A stretch of 47,675 nt of DNA from Eledone cirrhosa (taxonomy: Eukaryota), in the NCBI GenBank assembly GCA_964016885.1, contig CAXHJY010000350.1, positions 1 through 47,675 on the forward strand, read 5' to 3'. The notes under the pieces were generated by a model. It made no database searches and had not been told where the DNA came from. It was given only the letters and a program-made list of their open reading frames with translations. Below are positions 1-15,864 of this stretch, in pieces; the stretch's first letter is position 1; each line of letters begins with the position of its first letter. The translations under genes and the position numbers were made by a program.

Positions 1-128
1 TCATTTTATATTCATCTTTTCTACATTTTCTCCGAATATAATTTATACTCGTTGAGCAAACCTACACGGACGCTGTTCATCTCTAATGTGACGATATATT
101 ATCACTACATTATTGATAACCTGAAATT

Positions 129-207
<79 letters not shown>

Positions 208-278
208 TATATTATACAATATATATATAAATGTGTGTATACACACACACGCACACACACATATATATATATGTATAT

Positions 279-432
279 AATTGTTTCTACTTTATGGCAC
301 AAGGCCAGCAATTAGCCAGTGCATTACTGGTACTTTATTTTATCGACCCCGTAAGAATGAAAGGCAAAGTTAACCTCGGCGGGATTTGAACTCAGAATGG
401 CAAGGGCCGTGACTCTATGCGTCAAAGCATGG
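279..432 (-). mobile_element. tRNA-derived SINE, main family
   Basis: aattgtttctac...gcacaaggccagcaatt...tatcgaccccgtaag.atgaaaggcaaagttaacctcggcgggatttgaactcaga, shared with many other copies in the window. Confidence 0.85.
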
Positions 433-892
433 CGATATTTAATATATATATATTATGCATACATATATATGTATACATACACACACACACACACTCATAT
501 ATATATATATACCCACCCACACATACATAAATATTAATACCTCGGTGTAGATATGTTATTTATAGTTCTCAATCTTCCTAAGTGTGTCTCTTTTATAGAG
601 AGTGATAAAACACTTCTCCTCCAACTCTCTCTTTCTCTTTCTCTCACTTGCGCTCTCTCTCTCTGACCCATCTTCTTTACCGTATATATATGCGTATATA
701 TATATATATATGTGTGTGTGTGTATGTATGTGTGTGTGTGTATGTATGTATATATATAAATATATATATTATATATTTATATATATACTTACATATATAC
801 ATATATATATGTGTGTGTGTGTGTGTGTATATACATATATATATATATACATATATATATATATGTATATACATATATATATGTATATATAC

Positions 893-961
<69 letters not shown>

Positions 962-1143
962 ATATATATGTATGTATATAGATATATAGATATAGATATA
1001 TATATATACCATATATATATCTATATATCTATATATCTATATCTATATATATATATATACACATACATATATATATATACATGTATATATGTATACATTT
1101 CCTTTTGATTCTGATAAGACTGTTTAATCTTGATTTTAAATAC

Positions 1144-1174
<31 letters not shown>

Positions 1175-1411
1175 TAGAAATATGTATATGTATGTGTGGG
1201 GGTAGGGTCGGGGCGGTGTATGTATGCACGTATGACCACATTACTAATTAGTAGTAACACTGACATAGCGTGATTCACAATAAAGGCGTATACTAAAGCA
1301 TATACAATATGCTTATGCATTATATGCATACCGTATAAGCCCCATATACATATCTATTATGAAACACGCTATGTTAGTGTTACAATTAATCCCTCCGGTG
1401 TTTCATATGCA

Positions 1412-1448
<37 letters not shown>

Positions 1449-1450
1449 TG

Positions 1451-1481
<31 letters not shown>

Positions 1482-1784
1482 CATTCTACTCCCACTGTTG
1501 GTAAGGCTAAGGTCAGCACTAAGAGAGAAAGGAAGAAAACAACAGACAAAATGTGAACTTTTCTCCCTAAATATATATGTAAAAACAATGTTTTGCTCAT
1601 ATTCTTATTATTCTTATTAATATGCAATTTAGTTGCCTTATACACTTCCGTCGTGTGAAAAAGCTTACAAGCTGAAACCGGTACAATTAATGCGGAAATT
1701 CCTATTTTGTAAATAAATGTTGTGATGTTATTCTGATAGAAAATCGCTTTAGTATTATCTACTTTTTTTTTCTTTTTTTACTAT

Positions 1785-2140
<356 letters not shown>

Positions 2141-2705
2141 TGAGGGTCATATTGTTAGATTATTGCTAGAAATATATAATAAAACACACTCACTGTTTTG
2201 CTTGGGTTGGTTTTCGCTTCAGTATATTTTATATATCTATAATTAATTCAGCTGGCAATCAATGTTTGTCATTGATTGACCAACAGTTAAAAAAATATAG
2301 ATATAAATATAGTTTATCAGAGTTCTTTCGTCACACATCTGTGGCATCATTAGTGATATTATTATTATGTTTCCTCCCGTTGTATTGCTGTAAAATTACA
2401 GCAATATTCATATATGTTTGTATGAAAGTGATAGCGTATCTTAGCCTCAGTACCAAGCGTGTAACCATCACTGAAGATCGATAGAAATCAAGAAATACTT
2501 TGTACATAACTATATTGTACATAACTATATTGTATATGCTTTCATATATACGTCTTATATACATGCATATACGTATGCATACACATATACCCCCACACAC
2601 TCCCATATATATAAATATATATATATATGTATATATATATTCTTTTCTATTATGTATACATATATACATATAAACACACGAGAAAAAACTTACACTACTC
2701 TCCAC

Positions 2706-5280
<2,575 letters not shown>

Positions 5281-5354
5281 TCAGACTGTGTTATATTTTT
5301 TGCAGTCTGGCTACCTCTGCTTTGCTCCGCACGCTGATTCCTCTCACCTAGAGC

Positions 5355-5572
5355 AAAGAAGTAGAGGAGAAGGAAGAGAAGAAGAAGTAGAGGAGGGAGG
5401 AGGAGGAGGAGGAGGTGGTGGAGGAGGAGGAGGAGGAGGTGAAGACAGAGGAGAGAAAATCGTATGGCAAGAGGAGGAGGAGGAGGAAGATGAGGAGGTG
5501 GAGGAAGAAGAAGTGAAGGCGCCAGAGGAAAATGAGGAGGAAAATGAGGAGGAGAAGGAGGAGGAAGTTGAG
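5355..5572. repeat. Purine-rich (GAG/GAA)n low-complexity tract
   Basis: Directly visible. Confidence 0.9.
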
Positions 5573-5691
5573 GTGAGAAATGCACGTAAACACACCACCA
5601 TACACCAACACACCACCACCTCCATACACATACACACCACACACACACACGCAAACACAAATATATACATACACCATCACAACAAAAATAT

Positions 5692-6268
5692 AATTGTTTC
5701 TACTTGAGGCACAAGGCCAGCAATTACCAGTAGTACATTACTGGTACTTTATTTTATCGACCTCGTAAGGATGAAAGGCAAAGTTAACCTTGGCGGGATT
5801 TGAACCCAGATCGTAAAGGGACGTAACTTTGCTGGAAAGCATGTCCAACCCTCTATCACAACAAAAATATAATAGTTTTTAATTTAAGCGCAAGGTCAAC
5901 AATCTGGGGAAAGGGAAAATCGATTAAATCGACCCCAGTACATTGCTGGTACTTTATTTTATCGACCCCCGTAAGGATGAATATTCAAAGTTGGCCTCGG
6001 CTGGATTTGAACTCAGAACGTAAAGAGCTACAACTAAATACTGCGAAGCATTCTGTCCGGCGCTCTACCGATTCTGCCAATCCACTGCTTTAATAAAAGA
6101 AAATAATAATAATAAAATAATTGTTTCTACTTTTAGCACAAGGCCAGCAATTATCCCAGTGCATTACTGGTACTTTATTTTATCGACCCCCGTAAGGATG
6201 AAAGGCAAAGTTAACCTCGGCGAGATTTGAATTCAGATCATAAAGGGCCGTAACTCTATGCTGCAAAG
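5692..6268 (-). mobile_element. Three tandem copies of the main SINE family
   Basis: Copies start near 5692, 5871 and 6119. The middle copy retains the A-box end (reverse complement of ggattggcagaatcggtagagcg). Confidence 0.85.
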
Positions 6269-6284
6269 ACCCTTTTGAAATAAT

Positions 6285-6630
6285 AATGATTTCATGTATC
6301 GGCCGCAAGGGCCGACATAAAGGGGGAACACAATAACAACTGTCAATGAGGACCGGTTCCTCAATAGGGAGAGGGGCTGTACTTTAGGGTAATTCCAGTT
6401 ATAATTCTACACAAAATCCTGGATCGCTCTGTTGCCTCGCGGCCATTAAAATCACCCTTTTCTGGTTTCTTTCCACCTGCTTAGGAAAAAAACATAATCA
6501 GAGTAGGTCCATTCAAACTCGTCAATGTCAGTTCTCACCCATCTTTCATAGAATACACTAGAAGGCAGCAGCTCCCCTCCCTGCCCTCACCTTCCTCTTC
6601 AAGTGGAACCTGAAGAGGAAGGTGAGGGCT
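6285..6630 (-). mobile_element. L1/Tx1-like LINE 3' end with a small terminal inversion
   Basis: Minus strand reads FRFHLKRKVRAGRELLPSSVFYERWVR followed by a 3'UTR-like tail. A 19-bp inverted repeat gccctcaccttcctcttca / tgaagaggaaggtgagggc lies at the truncation point. Clade assignment is from recollection. Confidence 0.5.
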
Positions 6631-6762
6631 TGACCGGAAAAGATTGTAATAGAATCGATTTGAAAATGTCTGACCTTGTTTCTGATCTTAGATGTCATTA
6701 CTAAATCATAACATACTTAGATTGTTTGGTTAGTAAATAGACAGACAGACAGCCAGCCAGCC

Positions 6763-6813
<51 letters not shown>

Positions 6814-6930
6814 TAGAGATAGATAGATAGGATTGATGGGATTGATTGATTGATACATACATACATACATACATACATACATACATACATACATACATAC
6901 ATAGACAGATAGACAGACAGATAGATAAAT

Positions 6931-7171
6931 ATGTTTCTTTATTAGCCACAGGGGCACAAAAGAAGGGGACAAATACAAAGGGGGAAGTTTACATACAATA
7001 AAAACGTGTAAAATACTATCACAAATGCAATTTAAAAATTAATCGATTTTCCTCAATAGGAGGAGACATTTCATATGGGTAACACATACCCCCGAAAAAA
7101 TGAGCAACCTTCATCTCCAGGAGTACGAAGAGTTTGTACCCCTTTCCTCTCTTCCTCTTTTTCCTCAACAC

Positions 7172-7172
<1 letters not shown>
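6931..7172 (-). mobile_element. Related LINE 3'UTR fragment inserted in a (GATA/GACA)n tract
   Basis: Shares ctcc.ctattgaggaa and ttccccttt.tgt motifs with 6285-6380 and ends aataaagaaacat on the - strand; tetranucleotide repeats lie on both sides. Confidence 0.5.
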
Positions 7173-7232
<60 letters not shown>

Positions 7233-7298
7233 AAAAGTTGTTTTCTTAGATAAGAAAATAAACTGATCAATAATTCATTGTCGGTTGTTTCCTTACAG

Positions 7299-7324
7299 GA
7301 GAGAGAAACAATTATTTAAAAATG
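7299..7324 (+). CDS. Calmodulin-like gene, probable start-codon exon (ATG at 7322-7324 immediately followed by an intron)
   Basis: Acceptor tttccttacag ends at 7298 and the exon ends aaaaATG|gtaatc. An ATG|gt first coding exon is the established layout in calmodulin-family genes. Its phase 0 end fits the next exon. The upstream 23 nt may be UTR or coding (no in-frame stop). Confidence 0.55.
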
Positions 7325-7656
7325 GTAATCCTTCGTTTTAGCAAACAATTGGTGGCTAGACAATCAAACGTGATATCAATTTTATCGATAATAAATAACC
7401 GGAGAGTTCTATACTTCCTGTTTTTAACTGTTTTTATAGTTTTTAACTATAGACCAAGTCTGTTTGACCGAACAAATATGTGGTGAAAATGTGCTCCAAT
7501 TGTGACCACTCTGTACTTTTGAACACCTATGACTGGATTACATTGCCCAATATGTCTTTCAAGACGTTAAAAATATTTTTTAATTGTTCCTGAACCTAGA
7601 GTGAATACTATGTGTAAAATAAGATAAATCATGTATCATGAGAAGTGGTGGTAGCT

Positions 7657-8148
7657 CAGCGGTCGCCAATCGGTGGTCCGAGAGAAATGTTTGGTGGGCC
7701 ACTGAAAAATTTGTCTTATTAATAATAAAACAAAAATAATATTCGGTTAAAATATATTTTATAACAACCCTAAAAAATGTTTCTCCTTAGTAAAGAACTA
7801 ACATCCATGAAAGAATTTTACACATATGTATCATCTATCGACAATATGACACACGTAGGTTTTAGTATTGTTTAATAAAATGGAAGTTCTCTGGTCATTA
7901 TTTTACAATTACGTCCCTTTACGGTCTGAGTTCAAATCCCGTCGAGGTTAACTTTGCTTTTCATCCTGACGGGGTCGATAAAATAAAGTACCAGTAATGC
8001 ACTGGGTAATTGCTGGCCTTGTGCCAAAAGTAGAAACAATTATTTTACAAATGTATTTATCTTTTTTAAAAAATTCATATTAGTGGTTAACGGGATTTAA
8101 ACTTATGAATTTAGTGGTCCGTGAGGTCCGAAAGGTTGGCGACTGCTG
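7657..8148. mobile_element. Non-autonomous hAT-type element with a nested SINE
   Basis: TIRs cagcggtcgccaa / ttggcgactgctg; perfect 8-bp TSD tggtagct at 7649-7656 and 8149-8156. Confidence 0.88.
7909..8038 (+). mobile_element. 5'-truncated tRNA-derived SINE (main family) nested in the hAT element
   Basis: B-box gagttcaaatcc and core tttcatcct..ggggtcgataaaataaagtacc; 12-bp TSD attattttacaa at 7897-7908 and 8039-8050. Confidence 0.88.
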
Positions 8149-8276
8149 TGGTAGCTGACATTTCGACCAAGGGTACCTTGTCCGAAACCTTTAATTCCAC
8201 ATCTACTCACCGCATACGTAAAAAGTCTGTTGAACTTTGCATACTATTTCTTATTATATCTAAAAACAAACGGACC

Positions 8277-8489
8277 GTAGATCGGCAGTATCAGTAAAGC
8301 GTCGGACAATATGCTCTACGGCGTATAGTTACGTCCCTTTACGTTCTGAGTTCAAATCGCGCTGAGGTTAGCTTTGCCTTTCATCCTTACTGGGTCGATA
8401 AAATAAAGTACCAATAACGCACTGGGTCGATTTAATCGACTTTCCCTTCACCCCAAATCGTTGGCCTTGTGCCTAAATCAGAAACCATT
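8277..8489 (+). mobile_element. Full-length main-family SINE
   Basis: A-box-like atcggcagtatcagtaaagcg, B-box gagttcaaatc, core, and tail ggccttgtgcctaaatcagaaacc. Confidence 0.85.
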
Positions 8490-8943
8490 GTAGCTCAAAA
8501 CAAAACAAAAAGTACATAAAAGTAAATGGACCTTCGTTAGCTACGACGACGAGTGTTGTAATATTTTGGTCATTGGAACGGCTTAAACCTTAAATTAACT
8601 TAAGGAAACTAAAGGTGGTGATGTTGTTGTTGTTGTTGTTGTTGGCGGCGACGGTGGCGGTGATGGCGGTGGTAGTGGTCGTGGTAGTACTTGGGTGGTA
8701 GACTTAATCCATCACCCAGTTTAACATCATCACCTGGTTCTCGGTTTCATATGGTTTGTTAATTCAAATGTTTATATTATCTTTATTATTGGACAGGTTA
8801 CAATGGAATTGCAGTAAACTAAAATAAAGAATTTAATTTATAATTTGATGCAGTCGTAACACTGTCGTATACTTCGTAACAATATTTTGTTAATGTGGTT
8901 TCATGTGGTACAGGACGTTAAAAGTCTTACCTTTGTCCCTTAG

Positions 8944-8991
8944 GTCAATGAATCAGTTCAGCCGAAGGATAAAATACAGACGAAACAAACT
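8944..8991 (+). CDS. Calmodulin-like gene, N-terminal extension exon (VNESVQPKDKIQTKQT)
   Basis: Acceptor ctttgtcccttag, donor act|gtaagt, 48 nt, phase 0/0, open frame joining the ATG exon to the 14033 exon. No homology support. Confidence 0.6.
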
Positions 8992-9064
8992 GTAAGTTAA
9001 ATGTTTTCACAGATTTTATTTAATTCTTTTTTTACTTTTACTTATTTGAGTCATTAGACCACGG

Positions 9065-9263
9065 CAGACCTGTCAACTCTCCCCGTCGGACTGGGGTAGA
9101 TCACCCACCCACTTTGTGGTGGGTGAGAGATATCTTCTCTTGTGAAAATGGGTGTAGCTTTCATTATGTCAAATTCTCCCCATTTTGCCTCATTTCTCCC
9201 CGTTTTGGGGGCACTTTTTTTCATGGTACACGACGTTTGTGTTTTTAGAGGTTGGCAGGTCTG
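9065..9263. mobile_element. Short TIR element (MITE)
   Basis: TIRs cagacctgtcaac / gttggcaggtctg; flanks ccacgg / ctacgg suggest a 6-bp TSD with one mismatch. Confidence 0.7.
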
Positions 9264-9392
9264 CTACGGCCAAATTAGGCCACCGCATTAAAAGAAGGAA
9301 TTAGTTGATTATATCGACCCTAGTATTTATTTTATCAATCTTTTTTTCTGCTAAACCACAAATTTACTGGACATAAACACAGACACAGACGT

Positions 9393-9428
<36 letters not shown>

Positions 9429-10913
9429 AGGCATTACGTACGGCACTACGATAGTATAACCGTCTTGTTCTAAAAGATGAAGTCACTGCGTACGTGAAGG
9501 GAGACAGAGCCAAGAGGTGTTGAGGGCGGCGGTGGTGGTGGTGGTGGGGGAGGGGGGCGAATATATGTTGGGAAGCATCTTTATCCGACGACAACCTTAG
9601 TTTCGTTAATAGGCCCCACGCAAACACAGAACCCATGCAGGTGGCACAAACACGCATACACCCTCAAGCGAACACGATCAAGTCTTAGGTGTCGGTGGTG
9701 TGTGTTACATAAGTGCCTACATTACATTCATAAATAAATATATGCATAAATGATTACAAATATACAAGAGTCGACCTAAAATTTCTTAGGCTGAAAAGTT
9801 CATAGGCTGACCCAAATACTCACATGGAATGATCAAATGAGGTTTATTTTTAAACATAGTTCCTGAAAAGAAACAATGCAGTTAACGAAATGCACGGGGT
9901 ATAAACAAAAAATTCGTTGTAACGAAAACTTCTTTATAATGAGACCGACCGAAACAGATCGAGTATGTGGCCGGAAATTGAAAAAATGTTGTTATACTGA
10001 AAAATTCGTTCTAATCGTATTCGTTTTAACGGAATTTTACCTGTATTGGTAAAAAATATATTCGTAACAGCATATATTAGTAAAAAATATATATATTGGG
10101 TCATCAAGTATGAAATTTGTAGAAATTTGTAGATAAAACACAAATTTCTACAGATTTCATACTTGACAACCCAATATTAGTAACAACAGTAAAAAATATG
10201 ATAATAAAAAAAAGCATGTTAATAAAAAACATACAAGTAAAAACATATTAGTAAAATCATATTGATAAAAATAAAACATTTGTAAGCGGCTGACAACATT
10301 CCAGATGCCAGGCGCCCAATCTTGGCCTTAACCCAGGAGAGCAGCTTCGTCAAATAGATGAACAGTATGAAGAACCTGCCTGACAAACGGCTAACACACC
10401 TGTTCGCCGTTGGAGAACGTCTGCGAATGCCGCAGCCCCGGTACATGACAGGGAAGGTGGGCCTCTGTGGGATTTGAACTTAGAAAGCAGAGAACTAGAG
10501 ATAATACATACAACCATCGTTCTTTCTAATTTTTTTTTGTTTGTTTGTTTGTTTTGTTTTGTTTTTACCAACCTCTGAGCGGAACGTTTAATGCTTTGAG
10601 CAAACATATTTTAAATTCAAAGCTACTGTGTGGCAACATTTCAAAGCTACTAAACAACCAGATTTTGATGTGTGTGGCACCAATGTAGCGACTGTGCCGT
10701 TACGCATCCTCGTTTCTTAGAGGAAACGTTTACCAGAAAGCATCTCACCCATCCATCGCCCAAACAAACCCATTTAATCCAACATGCTACTTTATTTTTA
10801 AAGACCTGAAGAAAATAAAAAGAAATGTTAGAATACATAGACAGCTGGAACAAATACCATGAATTATCTCATCCGAAGTTTTAGCAATTTCACCCAATCC
10901 ATCTCCACGCTCA

Positions 10914-11650
10914 ATTGGTATTTTTATTGATCCCGGAATGAAAAGATCACAGGCAGCTGATCTCGACAGGATTTGAACTCAGAAGGTAGAGAGCTGGGAC
11001 AAATAGGTGCACTAGTACTATATTTTATCGACCCCGGAATGAAAGGATGAAAGACAAAGTTGATCTCCGCGGGATTTGAACTCAGAACTCAGAGAACCGG
11101 AACAAATACCCACGGGGCATTTTATGACGCTCTTAGTTCATAGTCTTGATATCAACCTCCATGAAACCGTCTCTGTTTGTTTTAAAGTGTTTATATTTAT
11201 CTAAAAATCCTCCTACATAATTTTATGTAAGAACCTTTGTTATATTTCAAACACCATCTTAATAATTATTTCTACTTTAGGCTCAAGGCTAATCATTTTA
11301 GTTGAGTTAAAGACAGTTAAATCGACCTCAGTACTTTACAAATATTTTATTCTAGATCAGGAGGATGAAAGGCAAAGTTGAGCTCAACAGGATTTGAAAC
11401 CAGAATGTTGAGGTCAACTTTGCCTGTAAGAAGATACTGCAGTGCATTTCATTTGATGCTCTACTGACTATGCCAATTCCTTGTCCTTAAACACAATCTT
11501 CATAATTGATTCTACCTTTAGCAGGAGGCCAGCAATTTGAAGGAAAGGAGAAAGTCGATTAAATCGACTTCAGTGCATTACAGGTACTTTATTTTATCGA
11601 CACCGTAAGCGTATTGTCCGACACTCTATCGATACTGCAAATCTAGGACT
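10914..11650 (-). mobile_element. Cluster of degenerate main-family SINE copies
   Basis: Repeated ggatttgaactcagaa, atgaaaggcaaagttga and tttattttatcgac motifs. Confidence 0.7.
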
Positions 11651-12188
11651 CTATACCACCTTAATAACGAGAAAAATATATTAGAAAATACCTCCAAATT
11701 CTTGGTTATTTTCAAAATAATTTCAGAATAATAGAGTTGTGTTTTTCATGAGAAATATGGTAAGGAAAGTAATAAAAGTGAATATTTAATGTTTAAACTA
11801 CGAAGCTTATTGATCACAACTAACGGTGGTTTGGTTAGGTTCTAATTTTGGATGTTTTAACCGTTATCGGCTGCTACACCTCTTCTCATTTCCCCATTCC
11901 TCCGCCAACACCTCACCCTCTTCTACCCCCTCCATTCCTCCACTAACACTTCGCCCCCCCCCCCCCCCCCCCCCACACCTCATCCCTATCAAAGAGGAGA
12001 TAAAAACTATAATCTAAAATGTCTGCTTTCTGCTAAGCAATAAAAATAGTTTAGTCCCCAGGCAATAAGTTGGTGTACTTCCTGGTGGTGGTGGTGTTAT
12101 GATAGAGGTAATAATGATAGGATAGATGTGGTTTTAGTGTTGGTGGTGATACTATTCCGATGTTCATAATTATTTCGATACCCTCTAG

Positions 12189-12241
<53 letters not shown>

Positions 12242-12289
12242 TATATAAATATGTGTATATATATATATAGATAGATATAGATATGTAAG

Positions 12290-12345
<56 letters not shown>

Positions 12346-12347
12346 TG

Positions 12348-12410
<63 letters not shown>

Positions 12411-12600
12411 GTATATAGGGGTGTGATCAGAGAATTAGATAAGATATGAAGATGATTAATGGCGAGGAAGTATGTTCAAGTCCAAATGAGAGTCAGTCAT
12501 TCGCCTTTGATCTTTTAGAAATCTGGAATTGAAGATAAAATAGTGGCGAAATCTTCAAAAGAACCCAATGTATTGAAACATGGAATATTGCCTTGGAGAC

Positions 12601-12686
<86 letters not shown>

Positions 12687-12704
12687 CATACGTATATATA
12701 CATG

Positions 12705-12990
12705 TGGAGGCACGTGGCCTCGTGGTAAGGGTGTTAGACTTACGATCATAATGTCGTGGGCTCGATTCCTGGGCTGCGTGTTGTGTTCTTGAACAAAACA
12801 CTCCATTTCAGGTTGCTCCAGTATACCCAGCTGAAAATGAGTACCAGCAATAGCTGGAGGGTTTAACCCTGCGATGGACTGGCGTCCTGTCCAGGGGGGA
12901 GTCTTATACTCTCAGTCGCTTCACGCCATCAAACCGGGATAAGCACCGGCCAAATGAGCCTTCTGGCTTAAGACAGACTTTAGACCTTTT
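12705..12990 (+). mobile_element. tRNA-derived SINE, second family with a conserved-core-like domain
   Basis: Head ggaggcacgtggcctcgtggtaaggg...gggctcgattcc (A and B boxes); body cctgcgatggactggcgtcctgtccagggg...ccgggataagc. Confidence 0.75.
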
Positions 12991-13143
12991 ATATATACAT
13001 GTATGTATGTATTGGGTTGTGTAATTATTGCATTTCCTTTGGGACTTAAAATCACTGAAGTGTAATTTTTTTAGATATTTTCTTGGGGTATATTTTTTAG
13101 AAAATATCTATCTCTTCTCTCTACCTCTCTACCCCATATATAC

Positions 13144-13182
<39 letters not shown>

Positions 13183-13193
13183 TATTCATACAT

Positions 13194-13231
<38 letters not shown>

Positions 13232-13275
13232 TTATACATATATATATATACATACATTTATACATATATATATAC

Positions 13276-13319
<44 letters not shown>

Positions 13320-13333
13320 GGTGTCCCAAAAAT

Positions 13334-13377
<44 letters not shown>

Positions 13378-13519
13378 AAAAAAACGAAAAATCAGTGATG
13401 CATCTGGACTTAGTTTATTTCGTGTTATAAATGTTTCGCCGTCATGTAGCTCGAGTCATGGTCCTTGTATGGATCTGGCTGATTCTACTTCTGCGGGTTC
13501 TTTCAGACATATATATATA

Positions 13520-13697
13520 TAGGTAAAATTCCATTATAAGGAATGCCATTATAACGAACTTTTCAGTATAACGACATTTTTTTCAATCCCCGGCCACACG
13601 GTAGACCTGTTTCGGTCGATCACGTTATAAAGAATTTTTCATTATAACGAATTTTTTGTTTATACCCTGTGAATTTCGTTATAACGGAATTTCATTG
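13520..13697 (+). mobile_element. Same MITE family (other copies at 15420-15579, 24598-24770, and about 9878-10043 on -)
   Basis: Same TIRs and internal gaatttttcagtata...ttttttcaatcccc.g; TA flanks. Confidence 0.85.
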
Positions 13698-13778
13698 TAA
13701 ATATTTGTTATACTCTTTTACTCTTTTACCTGCTCCAGGCATCCGACTGAGGTCATGCTGGGGGCACCGCCCTTGTAA

Positions 13779-13992
13779 TCGATCGACTTTCGTCAAATCG
13801 GACCGAGGAAACAATGTTTCCGTTGGTCTTTCCAGTTGCTAGTACTATCTATCGGTCGCAACTCCAGGTAGAAAGAGCAACGTGAAATAAAGTGTCTTGC
13901 TCAAGGACATAACGCATCGCCCGGTCCAGGAATCGAACGCACAACCTCAAGATTGGGAAGCCAATTCTCTAACCACTCAGCCACACGCCTTC
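13779..13992 (-). mobile_element. tRNA-derived SINE, third family (second copy at about 30469-30668)
   Basis: A near-identical block tcgatcgactttcgtcaaatcggaccgaggaaac...tgtcttgctcaaggac...ggaatcgaac...ctaaccactca occurs at both sites. It ends about 40 nt before the 14033 acceptor. Confidence 0.8.
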
Positions 13993-14032
13993 ACATATGT
14001 ATATAATTTTTCTTCTCTTTCTTTTTCTTCAG

Positions 14033-14072
14033 GAAAATATTCTCCAAAAGTATTCCGAATCTCAAGTTAAAG
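14033..14072 (+). CDS. Calmodulin-like gene exon (ENILQKYSESQVK-E), equivalent to calmodulin ADQLTEEQIA-E
   Basis: Long polypyrimidine acceptor (ttcttctctttctttttcttcag), donor aag|gtaaat, 40 nt. The phase 1 end supplies the G of the Glu codon completed at 15721; SESQVKE aligns with CaM TEEQIAE. Confidence 0.8.
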
Positions 14073-14083
14073 GTAAATATAAT

Positions 14084-14202
14084 TGTTTCTACTTTAGGCA
14101 CAAGGCCAGCAATTACGCAGTGCATTACTGGTACATTATTTTATCGACCCCGTAAGGATGAAAGGCAAAGTCAACCTCGGCGGGATTTGAACTCAGATCG
14201 TA
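14084..14202 (-). mobile_element. 5'-truncated main-family SINE inserted at a splice donor
   Basis: 11-bp TSD gtaaatataat at 14073-14083 and 14203-14213. Confidence 0.88.
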
Positions 14203-14307
14203 GTAAATATAATGACTTCCACTAACAAAATCTTTTTTCACACACTTCAAAAGTGAATATACCCGGAGCAGATGACTCTTTCTATATCACACACACACAC
14301 ACACGCA

Positions 14308-14350
<43 letters not shown>

Positions 14351-14358
<8 letters not shown>

Positions 14359-14515
14359 TAATAAATGTGAAGACTAAAATCCGAAGAGGGCTGGATAAGG
14401 ATAAATATATATATAAATATATATAAAAACCGTAGAGCAAATATTTATTAAAATAACAGATTAAGGTTTAAGCAATGAATCGCTGCTTTCACCCTTTTTC
14501 TTAAACTTTAATCTG

Positions 14516-14560
<45 letters not shown>

Positions 14561-14930
14561 TATCCTAAACAGGGATAGTGCGCAGCATAAAAACAATGAA
14601 CGAAAACAACGGAAAAGCAGACAGTCTCTTCTCTTCAGTCAACCTCTGGATATCACTATAGTTTCTGTAATTCAAAGATAATACTATTCTGTCCAGTGTA
14701 CATTACGACACAACAATACAAGTAGAGACAGGAGAAGTTGTGCCTTTCGGCGAATTACAAAAATAAAGACGAAAATATTTTTTTAAACGCTATAATCCTA
14801 AGTGCATTAACTGAAAAGGGAGAGACAAAAATGGGGTGCAGCAGTGCTCTAGGGTTCTTATATATTTGATATATATTTATCCTTATCGAGCCCTCTTTGG
14901 ATTTTAGTCTTCAAATTTATTATTATTACT
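14351..14930. mobile_element. Inverted pair of Penelope-like terminal fragments, same family as 17408-17480 and 22268-22386
   Basis: About 14351-14440 is the reverse complement of about 14845-14930. It shares aacagattaa.gtttaagcaa.gaatcgctgctttcaccct with the other copies and is flanked by (CA)n/(TA)n. Confidence 0.55.
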
Positions 14931-14931
14931 A

Positions 14932-14991
<60 letters not shown>

Positions 14992-15006
14992 AAGAATCAA
15001 TGCTAA

Positions 15007-15048
<42 letters not shown>

Positions 15049-15720
15049 TTGGTCCTAAAGCATTCGCGAAGAAGGAAGAACCACGAATATTGGACGTGGT
15101 CCATAAAAATGCTTATAAATGTCAAAATATAACGTAAAATATAATTAAAAAAAACAACAGGGAGCGTCCTATGCGAAGGAACGTCCAATAGGCCTGAAAA
15201 TACAGTATATTGTTATTAATAATTTAGCGTTAAAATATATATATATATATTGCCACGAAAAAGGCCATTAAAAAATCGTGGAAGATATTTACGTTTCCGC
15301 GAATATGCGGTGGTTTCCACGAGCAATTATGAGTTCGGTTCTAAGGAAAATTCCGCGAATTCTAAGGAAATTTCCGCGAATAACCGGAACCGGTGTTGGA
15401 GGTACACTGTATATATATACAGGTAAAATTCCGTTATATACGAATTTTTCAGTATAAAGAAATTTTTTTCAATCCCCGAGCACACGCTCGGTGTGTTAGG
15501 TCGATTCCGTTATAAAGTATTTTTCGTTACAACGAATTTTTTTATACCCCGTGAATTTCTTTATAACGGAATTTCACTGTATATATGTGTGTGTGTGTGT
15601 GTCTAGCATACCCCAATCGATTCCTGCAGTCGATGATGGTGTTTTTCTTAAAAAAAAAAAAAATGATTGTTAATATAAAATTACTGAATTAATTTTTTGT
15701 TTTGCTTTGTTGAAATCTAG

Positions 15721-15864
15721 AACTTAAGGAGTCGTTCCGATTGTTTGACAAAGATGGCGATGGTTCAATATCTACAGAAGAATTACGTAAGGTACTCCGA
15801 GACTTGGGCCAGTATCCTTCAGTTGATGAAATACGACAGATGGTACAGGAGATCGATATTGATG
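15721..15864 (+). CDS. Calmodulin-like gene exon: EF-hand 1 and start of EF-hand 2 (ELKESFRLFDKDGDGSISTEELRKVLRDLGQYPSVDEIRQMVQEIDIDG)
   Basis: Acceptor ...aaatctag, donor atg|gtaagt. 144 nt, phase 1/1, the same size and boundaries as the equivalent calmodulin exon. Canonical loop DKDGDGSISTEE. Confidence 0.96.

Noticed and set aside
5288-5707. Acidic poly-Glu/poly-Gly ORF
   Set aside because: Low-complexity GAG tract with a non-ATG start and no recognisable domain. Retained only as a possible UTR exon.
10280-10470. GC-richer island that might be an extra exon
   Set aside because: No convincing splice-site pair and no recognisable translation on either strand.
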